From positions 1 to 64,000 of the forward strand of contig JBEKYR010000004.1 in NCBI GenBank assembly GCA_049510745.1: a stretch of 64,000 nt of DNA, given 5' to 3'. This DNA comes from Verrucomicrobiota bacterium (GTDB lineage: Bacteria; Verrucomicrobiota; Verrucomicrobiia; Limisphaerales; Palsa-1400). This document shows positions 10,032 through 17,455 of the stretch, one piece after another. The notes beneath the pieces were generated by a model. That model did not search any database. It was given only the letters and a program-made list of their open reading frames with translations, and was not told the DNA's origin. Made by a program: the position numbers and the translations under genes. Each line of letters begins with the position of its first letter. Position 1 is the stretch's first letter.

Positions 10032-12653
10032 TCAGGGCGACTTGAGCCGGTAGAAAGCGCCCGAGCCGGCGGGACTGTCCGTAAAGGAGTTCAGGCCGTT
10101 GGTGACAAACGGCTCCTCCGACGGGAACTGCCAGCCATTGGTGAGCGCCAGATTGGTGCTGCGTTGCAGGAGAAAGCTGACCGAGGACTGCGGCCAGGTG
10201 ATGAGCAGCTCCGGGGGATTTGTCAGGAGCGCGATGCTCAAGGTGCGTTGGGCGGCGGAAATGAAATAGGTGTAGGCATAGGCCAGGTTGTTGTAGCCGG
10301 CAAGGTTTCCTTCCACGAATCCCATGCTGGCGGTGTTGATGGCCGAGCCGGGCGCCGAGGCGGCCGCGACGACCTGGATGGCGGCGCTGGCGTTATTGGA
10401 GAAAATGCCGATGTCGCAGACGACCTGGCTGTTGCTGTAAAGGCAGCTCCCAACGCTGCTCGCGGCGGAAACAAACGAGAGCGTGCTCGGAACAGTGTCG
10501 GTCACGAGCAGGCCGGTGACGGTGGACGGCCCTTCGTTGGTCACCAGCAGGGTGTAGGTGACGTTGGTGCCCGGCCCCGAGATGACGGGGCTGGCGGTTT
10601 TTGTCAAGACTAATAAACTCGGCTGGGTCACGGTGAAATTGTTGGAGCTGACGTCGTTCCCGTAAGGGGTGACGACCGTGATCGGGCCGATTTTGCCTCC
10701 CGCCGGCACGGTGACCTGCAACTGGTTGGTGGCGGCGGTGAAGACGGGGGCGTTGACCCCGCCGAATTGCACGTTCGTCACGTCGAAGAGGCTGGTGCCG
10801 CTGATCGTGACGACGGTGCCGGCCGGGCCGATGGTCGGGGTGAAGCTGTAGATTTTGGGCAGGATGGCGAAGGCGTTGGTGCTGATGATGACGCCGCCGG
10901 GGGCGGTGACGCGGATCAAGCCGGTGGACGCGTTGGTCGGGACGGCGGCGGTGATCTGGGTGGCGGTCGCGCTGAAATTATAATTTACTCCGTTGACCTG
11001 CACAGCGCCGGTGTTGAGGAAATTGCGCCCGGTGATGGTGAGGGTGGCGTTGACGATGGCGGCATTGGAGCTTAACGACGTGATCCAGGGCTGAAGATAG
11101 AAGTTTGCCGCGCTCGTGCCGGTGCCGCCGCTGCTGGTGACGCTCACCGGCCCGGAAGAGGCGCCGGCCGGCACGGTCGCGGTCAAAGCCGTGGTGGAGG
11201 TGGGCGTCTGGTAAGTGGCGGCGACGCCGTTGAACCTGACGGCGGGATTGGACAGGTTGGTGAAATTGCCGCCGGTCAGGATCACGCTCTGGCCGCGCAC
11301 GCCGCCGGCGGGAGTGAAACCGGTGATGACGGGGGCGGCGGTGGTGACGGTGAAATTGCTGCTGGTGGTGTCACTTGAGGCGCCGACTGTCACCTTGATC
11401 GGGCCGGTGGAGGCGGTCGATGGGACTGTGGCGGAGATTTGCGTGGGGGCCACTACGGAAGACGCCGCAGTGATGCCGTTAAAGGTGACAGTGGCTCCGG
11501 TTGCAAAATTCAACCCGTCGATGGTCACCGTCGAGCCGACCGGCCCCAGCACGGGGAAAAAATCCGTCACGAGCGGGGTGGCGCTGTTGGTGAAGTTGGT
11601 GCTCGTGGTGAAGTTGCCCTGGGCCGTGGTCACTTTGATCGTTCCGATGCCGGAGCCGACGGGGGGATAAACCTGGAGTTGGCTGGCGGTATCGGCGGTA
11701 ATGGTTGCGGCCTTGCCGCTGAAGGTCACGCTGGTGGCCGAGGCCAGGTTCAGGCCGTCGATCGTGACAGCCGTATTGGAGGTGCCGAGGGTGGGCGCGA
11801 AGTCTGTGATGATGGGGCCGACGCCGGTGAGAAAATTGCTGCTGGTGGTGAAGGCGCCGTTGGTGGTGGAAACGGTTATCGGGCCGCTGGTGGCCGACAT
11901 AGGGACGGTGGCGCTCAATTGCGTAGTCGAGACGACGGTGGCGCTGGCGGTTGTGCCGTTAAACTTGACAGTGACCGGCGAAAAGAAGTTTCCCCCGTTG
12001 ATGACCACGGCCGCGCCGCGGGCGGCCGCCACGGGCGAGAACCCCGTGATGGTGGGCGCGGTGGAGGTGATGAAATTATTGGTGCTGACGTTGGTTCCGG
12101 CGCTGGTGATGACGGTGATGGGGCCGTTGGCCGCGCCAGCCGGGACCGCTGCCACCACTTCAGTCAGGGCGACGACCGTTCCGGCGACGGAAGCGTTCGT
12201 GCCGCTAAAGACGACGGTGGTGCCGTTGGTGATGAAATTGGCGCCCTGAATCGTAACGACGGTGGGCGAGGTTCCGCTGGTTGGAGTAAAATTGGTGATG
12301 ACCGGCGCCACCAGGAAACTGGCCGCGCTGGTGGCGGGGCTGGAGCCGATGTACACCTGCAACGGCCCGCTCGCCGCCCCCAGGGGCACGACAAATTGCA
12401 ATTCGCCGTCCGAAATGACCGTGAAATCGGCGGGCGTGGGGGCGAAGGTGTTGATTTCCACGAGGGTCGCCCCGTTGAAGCCCGATCCGTTGACGGTGAC
12501 GACGTTGCCCGGCTGGCCAAAGGAGGGGGAAAAGCCGGAGATGGCCGCCGCGCGCGCCGCCAAGGGGAGCCAAAGCGAGAGCATCCCCGCCGCCGCCGGC
12601 AGAGCAAACAAAAACCTCCTGTTCCCACCCCATAAACCGGGCCGCCTAAGCAT
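10032..12653 (-). CDS. Secreted/surface protein with about 8 IPT/TIG repeats, a DUF11-like domain and a C-terminal FYRL tail
   Basis: Repeated P-x-I-T-x-F-x-P...G..V.I.G.NF...V.F.G...VP.GA.SGP.I.V units; LTKTASP...VTYTLLVTNEGPS (DUF11-like). Start codon uncertain. Confidence 0.85.
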   Translation of the reverse strand: MLRRPGLWGGNRRFLFALPAAAGMLSLWLPLAARAAAISGFSPSFGQPGNVVTVNGSGFNGATLVEINTFAPTPADFTVISDGELQFVVPLGAASGPLQVYIGSSPATSAASFLVAPVITNFTPTSGTSPTVVTIQGANFITNGTTVVFSGTNASVAGTVVALTEVVAAVPAGAANGPITVITSAGTNVSTNNFITSTAPTITGFSPVAAARGAAVVINGGNFFSPVTVKFNGTTASATVVSTTQLSATVPMSATSGPITVSTTNGAFTTSSNFLTGVGPIITDFAPTLGTSNTAVTIDGLNLASATSVTFSGKAATITADTASQLQVYPPVGSGIGTIKVTTAQGNFTTSTNFTNSATPLVTDFFPVLGPVGSTVTIDGLNFATGATVTFNGITAASSVVAPTQISATVPSTASTGPIKVTVGASSDTTSSNFTVTTAAPVITGFTPAGGVRGQSVILTGGNFTNLSNPAVRFNGVAATYQTPTSTTALTATVPAGASSGPVSVTSSGGTGTSAANFYLQPWITSLSSNAAIVNATLTITGRNFLNTGAVQVNGVNYNFSATATQITAAVPTNASTGLIRVTAPGGVIISTNAFAILPKIYSFTPTIGPAGTVVTISGTSLFDVTNVQFGGVNAPVFTAATNQLQVTVPAGGKIGPITVVTPYGNDVSSNNFTVTQPSLLVLTKTASPVISGPGTNVTYTLLVTNEGPSTVTGLLVTDTVPSTLSFVSAASSVGSCLYSNSQVVCDIGIFSNNASAAIQVVAAASAPGSAINTASMGFVEGNLAGYNNLAYAYTYFISAAQRTLSIALLTNPPELLITWPQSSVSFLLQRSTNLALTNGWQFPSEEPFVTNGLNSFTDSPAGSGAFYRLKSP

Positions 12654-12760
12654 AACTTTCACGAACAAAGCCGCGGATGACCGCCGACTCGGATTCGCCC
12701 GCAATGGTATGCGGTCTGGGGAGGTGGGGCAAGGATGAAGAAGGATGAAGGATGAAGGCA

Positions 12761-12791
12761 TCCGCCGTCGCCAAGGCTCTGGCGCGACAAG
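12761..12791 (+). repeat. Mini-hairpin element (about 30 nt), copy A
   Basis: TCCGCCGTCGCCAAGGCTCTGGCGCGACAAG, interrupting GAAGGATGAA stutter repeats. Confidence 0.7.
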
Positions 12792-12910
12792 GAAGGATGA
12801 AGGGGCCAAGCCGTCCACTGGGCTTGATGTTTATGGGTCATGTTCGCGTTTTTGGTCAAAATTGGCCATCGGCGAGTGGTGGATACCCCCCCACCCCCCT
12901 GTTGTTCTGG

Positions 12911-12960
12911 GGTTTGATTTAGTCTGATTTAGTCTGATTTGGTTTGATTTGGTTTGATTT
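12911..12960. repeat. Five tandem 10-mers (GGTTTGATTT / AGTCTGATTT)
   Basis: Read directly from the sequence. Confidence 0.9.
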
Positions 12961-13144
12961 TCCTTGGCCGGAAGCTGTTGGAGAGGGCCGGCCCGGAGGC
13001 AGGCCGGCGGGTTGCCGACGGATCGCCTTGAGCCGAACCCCGTCTTTCCCCATGTGATGATTCTAAGTTTCATCGAAAGAAGGATTACCACCGTTATTTG
13101 GAATATGCAAGGCAGATTATCGAAAAATTGTGAAGTCAGAATCA

Positions 13145-13174
13145 TCCGCCTTTGCCAAGGCTACGGCGGACAGG
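13145..13174 (+). repeat. Mini-hairpin element (about 30 nt), copy B
   Basis: TCCGCCTTTGCCAAGGCTACGGCGGACAGG. Confidence 0.7.
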
Positions 13175-13262
13175 GTGAATGAGTGAGTGGGGCAATGGAG
13201 GCGGGAGATTGCCGCGAAAATGCGCAACGATTACACAGACAAGGAGTTATGGAGTTTTTTTG

Positions 13263-13638
13263 GGTTCCTCGACGATTCCAGTGGAATGAACAGCGACGTT
13301 TGGAGGGTCATGATGGTTTCGCCAATCCCAACGGGATTGAATCTTTCAGCCCAGGGTTGCGACTTGCCGCGCCGTAGCGCAGCGAAGGCGGGGGCACGAG
13401 CTACCCTGGGTAAGATCAGAGAAAAATCACAACCCTGCAAGGGTTGACTCTGTTTCCTAAGCCTTTGATATACAACCCTTTCAGGGTTGTGTCACTCGAA
13501 TGCAACTACCCAGGGTAGGCCTCTCGGAATCGGCCAACCCTGGGCTGAGTGATTCAATCCCTTCGGGATTGAAGAACAGTTTTTGGCTGCGATTGGATGA
13601 ACGCACCATTTCCATTCCACCGAAAACAGCGAGGAACC
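13263..13638. mobile_element. MITE-like element copy 1 (terminal inverted repeats, REP-like multi-hairpin core, extra 30-nt insert)
   Basis: Starts GGTTCCTCGACGATTCCAGTGGAATG, ends CATTCCACCGAAAACAGCGAGGAACC; near-identical to 21916-22262. Confidence 0.8.
13363..13392 (-). repeat. Mini-hairpin element (30 nt), copy C, inserted inside MITE copy 1
   Basis: Reverse complement CCCGCCTTCGCTGCGCTACGGCGCGGCAAG; absent from the same position in MITE copy 2. Confidence 0.85.
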
Positions 13639-13644
13639 GTTTTT

Positions 13645-13893
13645 CTAGTGCATGTTATCTTTTGAGCCAGTCTTCGACGCGAAGCTTCGGTCGAGCTTGT
13701 CCAGCAAAGCCAAGCCCCGCGTCACGCTGCCGCGCGCCGCCCGGTTCAAAAAGCGCGTTTCCACGTCGAACTGTGCCAGGGCCACGCTGGCCCATTCCTC
13801 GACCAGTTTGTTGAGGCTGATGCCCTGGCGTTGGGCGAGCAGTCGCAGGCGCTTGTGTTTGGCTTCAGGAATTCGAATCGTCATCGTTGCCAT
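13645..13893 (-). CDS. Ribbon-helix-helix (HicB-like) antitoxin-type protein, no adjacent intact toxin
   Basis: MATMTIRIPEAKHKRLRLLAQRQGISLNKLVEE RHH signature, 82 aa. Confidence 0.8.
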   Translation of the reverse strand: MATMTIRIPEAKHKRLRLLAQRQGISLNKLVEEWASVALAQFDVETRFLNRAARGSVTRGLALLDKLDRSFASKTGSKDNMH

Positions 13894-13939
13894 ACGTATT
13901 TCTCCATCGTTGCATAAACTCCGCCGGAGTTTCGATCCG

Positions 13940-14033
13940 CTATGGAGGAACGCGCAAGTGTTCATCACTGGTCAAGAGCATGAAGCGTCCGAGCAACGGC
14001 GACGAGTTGTGGCCGGTTTGGTCTCGCCGCCAT
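13940..14033 (-). pseudogene. Possible remnant of an internally deleted PIN-domain toxin
   Basis: MAARPNRPQLVAV overlaps the end of the upstream small gene and is followed in another frame by LLTSDEHLR, resembling the first and last PIN motifs. Confidence 0.4.
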
Positions 14034-14166
14034 AGTAAAGCTTCATGAATCCTTCTCCGAGTTTTTCGCGTTGCGCGTCCGTCCACTTGTTGCCGTCGGC
14101 CCGCGCCCGTGCGGCGAGCACCGTGCCAGTGGACGCCTTCTCGAGTCGCGCCTTCTTGCGTTTCAT
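13972..14166 (-). CDS. Small hypothetical protein, probable antitoxin
   Basis: 64 aa basic/helical protein with its own TTGAAA-N16-TAAAGT promoter 6 nt before ATG. Confidence 0.6.
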   Translation of the reverse strand: MKRKKARLEKASTGTVLAARARADGNKWTDAQREKLGEGFMKLYYGGETKPATTRRRCSDASCS

Positions 14167-14348
14167 GCCGTTACTTTACCCGCTTTGGAAAAAGTTTCAA
14201 ACCCCGAAAAATTGAGGCGGATTACGATTAGGCTCTGGTGCGACAGGGGCAAATAGGGCGCAAAACTGCAATGCTGGAACGGTGCTGCGCTCTTGCCGCC
14301 CGGTCTTAATAATGAACGTCATTCCGAATTCCGGGCTTGACCCCTTTC

Positions 14349-14447
14349 CCAGAGATCAGGCACGCGGCACTGGTGACATACGCCAACCAGCGACTTCTCG
14401 ACAAACTGAAGGCACCGTCCCGCGTTGCCTGCAGCGATTTGTTAGAC
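14349..14447 (-). mobile_element. Integron attC recombination site, truncated before the R' (GTTRRRY) box
   Basis: Minus strand just after the gene stop: GTCTAAC (R'') AAATC GCTGCAGGCAACGCGG ... CCGCGTGCCTGATC TCTGG. The arms pair with unpaired bulged bases as in attC. Confidence 0.75.
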
Positions 14448-14454
14448 GCATCTC

Positions 14455-14859
14455 TCATAGCGCATCGGTATCCTCATCGACCCACACATCGATCAGGTGA
14501 CCGTTCTTGTCAAAACCCCAATATGCATACTTTGTGGTCTCGAAAGGAAACATCGTGAAATGCGTCGTGCCAAGCTCGCATGCCACGAAGCTGCTGCCGA
14601 CCTCGACTGAATGTGCTTCATTCTGACCCGGACGACGCATCACAAATCCTTTGTCATGGCTCTCAGAATGAACAGACCAGTGCTGCTCCTTGATAAACGC
14701 ATAAACCTGATCGCTCGAACATCCCAGCGGCGTCCGCTTCAATAGCGACGCACGAACTTTCTCATCGGACCGACAAAGCGGCCCTGCGGTAGAGCAACCG
14801 ACTAAGACTAGGACCAACGCTGTGGCCAGGCAGCAGAGTAGTGTGGTCTTGCGGTTCAT
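14455..14859 (-). CDS. Hypothetical lipoprotein carried as an integron-type gene cassette
   Basis: Lipobox LVGC after a hydrophobic signal; lower GC; bounded by GTTAGACGCATC / GATGCGTCTAAC. Confidence 0.8.
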   Translation of the reverse strand: MNRKTTLLCCLATALVLVLVGCSTAGPLCRSDEKVRASLLKRTPLGCSSDQVYAFIKEQHWSVHSESHDKGFVMRRPGQNEAHSVEVGSSFVACELGTTHFTMFPFETTKYAYWGFDKNGHLIDVWVDEDTDAL

Positions 14860-14865
14860 GTGGTC

Positions 14866-14904
14866 GATGCGTCTAACTATTGATATACGAACGGTAGTTC
14901 GTAT
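14866..14904 (-). mobile_element. attI-like cassette 5' junction
   Basis: Minus strand TATATCAATA-GTTAGAC-GCATC just upstream of the ATG; AT-rich; adjacent palindrome ATACGAAC-N4-GTTCGTAT; no attC stem on this side. Confidence 0.55.
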
Positions 14905-15150
14905 GTTGGAACCAGTCTCCGACTAAAATCGAAGGTCGAAAGTTGTTCATAATCAGCAAGCCTTGTTTTAATATACAAACGCCTGATCGTTATCGCAACA
15001 CAAAAATCCAGTCTCCCTGGCGGCATTACCCGGTCAATATCCCAATTCGCGGCGAAAATCGAGCTTTTCCATAATCCGTCAGCAGCAAAGTAAAACGAGC
15101 AGAACCGGAAAGCGAGCCATTCTGTTCACGTGGAAAGACTGGAAGACCAG

Positions 15151-16527
15151 TCAGCCGGAAAGGTCCGCAAGGTGGTGAACTTGGACATTGGGCGGTGGGC
15201 TGCCCCGCGGCTTGTGCTTCAGATACAAGTGAAGACCCCGGCTGAAGCCGTTTGTTTTGGGATAGTTGGCGCACTTCGCTTCGAGATCTATCAACAGCTT
15301 TGAGACGCTTTCAGTCTCTCCCCATTTGCATTCGCCAAAATCGATCCATTTATCCCGGCGGATCCCGACGACGTCGATCTGCATCGCGTCGTCCCAGTAC
15401 TGCCCCACGTGCTGCCAAAGAATCTGCCGCCGCCTGTAAGACTCGACCAGACCCTCCTGGCAGAGTTTCTCGAAACGGGTTCCAAAATACGACTCCAATT
15501 GCGGCGCAATGCGCTGATGAAACACGGCTTGCTCCTGGCCTGGGCGGCAAAGTTGCAGATTGGGAAAAATGAATCGGAACCAAAACCGGAGCATCGGGTC
15601 GGCGATTTCGTATTGGACCCGTTTCGGGCTGACTTTACCCGGCAGCACTGGATAAACCTTGCTGATGTATCCCAAGCTGAGAAGCGTTTCCAAGTACCCC
15701 GCCAACACCGAGGGATCGAGGTGGCTCTGCCGGGCCAAATCTTTGTGCCGAATCCGGTGAGCCGCCATCAGCGTAAGAATGGTGAAATAACGAGACGGCT
15801 CCCGCAGTTCCTCGCGCAGGAGAAAGTGCGGCTCCAGCGCAAAAAACTTCAACTCGGAACAAAACTCTTCGGTGATGGCGCGGTGCAACGATCTGGTTGC
15901 CTGGAACCGTTCCAGATAGGCGGGAATCCCGCCGACCAGGAAGTAGATTCCAGCCCGGTCCACCTCCGCATAGTGAGGGAGCATTTGCACGGCTTCCGGG
16001 TAGGGCAAGGGTCCCAGTTTGATCTGGTCGCTCCGTCGGCCGAACAGAGGACTTTTCTGGCCAAGGATATCGCGTTCCATGAAGCCCAGGTGGGATCCAC
16101 AAAGGATGATCATCAAGTCCGGGCGCTGCTTCCATTCCCTGTCCCACAGTCCTTGCAGGACGGACGGAATCTCGGGTGATGCCTCGGCCGTCCACTGCAA
16201 CTCATCGAGCACCAAAACGAGCTTCCGCTCCTTCTTCCAGAGGCGGGTGGCGGTTCGCAAAGCGGCTTCCCAGTTTTCAAAACGGGCGTGAGCCAGCGCT
16301 TCGTCCTGCAATGTCTGCTGGGCGGCTTCACGAAATTCCCGGAGCTGTAACTCTGCCGCGGTGCGCTTGCCCAGGAAGTAAATGCATGGCTTACCGCGGA
16401 CGAATTCGTCGATGAGCCGGCTTTTCCCGATGCGGCGTCGTCCGTAGATGGGGAGGAAAGCAGAAGACGTGGAGGCGTAATGATCCTCCATGATCTGCAG
16501 CTCCGATTTCCGGCCAACAAACTTCAT
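15151..16527 (-). CDS. Archaeal-type AAA ATPase with winged helix and C-terminal DUF234 / PD-(D/E)xK-like domain
   Basis: FVGRKSEL, YGRRRIGKS (Walker A), LVLDELQ (Walker B), ILCGS, SPLFGR, IADPMLRFWFRF, QIDVV...GECKW. Confidence 0.9.
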   Translation of the reverse strand: MKFVGRKSELQIMEDHYASTSSAFLPIYGRRRIGKSRLIDEFVRGKPCIYFLGKRTAAELQLREFREAAQQTLQDEALAHARFENWEAALRTATRLWKKERKLVLVLDELQWTAEASPEIPSVLQGLWDREWKQRPDLMIILCGSHLGFMERDILGQKSPLFGRRSDQIKLGPLPYPEAVQMLPHYAEVDRAGIYFLVGGIPAYLERFQATRSLHRAITEEFCSELKFFALEPHFLLREELREPSRYFTILTLMAAHRIRHKDLARQSHLDPSVLAGYLETLLSLGYISKVYPVLPGKVSPKRVQYEIADPMLRFWFRFIFPNLQLCRPGQEQAVFHQRIAPQLESYFGTRFEKLCQEGLVESYRRRQILWQHVGQYWDDAMQIDVVGIRRDKWIDFGECKWGETESVSKLLIDLEAKCANYPKTNGFSRGLHLYLKHKPRGSPPPNVQVHHLADLSG

Positions 16528-16697
16528 GGCTGGAGCATGGTCGTTGGTTTTGGAGTTGTCAATTCCAAAGCAAACGATAATCGCACGCCTATTTTACACT
16601 GGCGAACCGCAGGAGGCCGGGCGAGGTCCGACGAGCCGCCTTGCCAACTCCCACAGGGGCAAGTTCAGAGCGATAATTGTGTTCAAAGCGATAATTG

Positions 16698-17321
16698 TCA
16701 GGGGGTTAAGCTGGCGCAAACGAAGTCGCGGATGACGGCCAGCTCGGGTTCGCCGGCGATGGTGTGCGCTTTGTTGAATTCGTGCCAGTCGATTTGCAGG
16801 CCGGCTTTGCGCAACAGTTCCATTTGCGGGCGCGTCCAGGCGATGGGGATGAGGGGGTCCGCCGTGCCGTGCGTGAGGAGAAAGCGCTGCTGGCGGGCGA
16901 CCGGGGAGAGTTCGTGGACGAGCTTTTCCGGCTCATGCACGTAACCGCTCACGCCGACGATCCCCGCCAGGCGGTGAGGGTATCTTGCGCCGATTTCAAT
17001 GGCCAGGAGGCACCCCTGCGAGAAGCCGAAGCAGATGGTCTTTTCGGACGGGAAACGGTTTATGCGCTGTTCGTCCAGCAAGGCAAAGAGCAATTGGCGG
17101 CTGCGCTCGATGCCGCGGGCGGGATCGTGGTCTATGTCGTACCAGGCGAATCCGCCGTAGTAAGGGTCGGGGGCGTTGACGAGCAGGTAGTTGAGCCAGG
17201 GCAATTGCAGGGCGTCCGGCAGCCAGCGATAGCCTTCGAGGCTGTCGCCTAGTCCGTGCAGGACGATCATGAGGCGACGGTCGGTGCCGGTGGTTGCGGC
17301 GATGAATTCAGTGTGGAGCAT
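16698..17321 (-). CDS. Phospholipase/carboxylesterase (alpha/beta hydrolase)
   Basis: LHGLGD, GFSQG nucleophile elbow, HGTADP, terminal AHTI. Confidence 0.92.
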   Translation of the reverse strand: MLHTEFIAATTGTDRRLMIVLHGLGDSLEGYRWLPDALQLPWLNYLLVNAPDPYYGGFAWYDIDHDPARGIERSRQLLFALLDEQRINRFPSEKTICFGFSQGCLLAIEIGARYPHRLAGIVGVSGYVHEPEKLVHELSPVARQQRFLLTHGTADPLIPIAWTRPQMELLRKAGLQIDWHEFNKAHTIAGEPELAVIRDFVCASLTP

Positions 17322-17353
17322 AAATTATTGCGGCGGCATGGAAATTCTGAAGC

Positions 17354-17408
17354 ATGTGCCCGGCGGGGGCGCCGGGCACGGCGGGCGAGGGCGCCCGCGC
17401 TCCCCAAA
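17354..17408 (+). repeat. REP-like double hairpin ending in GCTCCC, copy 1
   Basis: GTGCCCGGCG-GGGG-CGCCGGGCAC then GCGGGCG-AGGG-CGCCCGC-GCTCCCC; 32 nt identical to 42323-42354. Confidence 0.8.
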
Positions 17409-17455
17409 GAATTAAAAGAATTGCCGACGTGTGTCATAACTTCATTGTGGCGATG

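Noticed and set aside
13187..13814. Short ORFs inside the MITE copies (also 21753-22346)
   Set aside because: They are translations of palindromic repeat sequence with no transposase motifs and are not consistently preserved between the two copies.
16663..16698. 18-bp tandem duplication GTTCARAGCGATAATTGT as a regulatory site
   Set aside because: The repeat is real but sits at the esterase stop with no supporting context; probably a local duplication.
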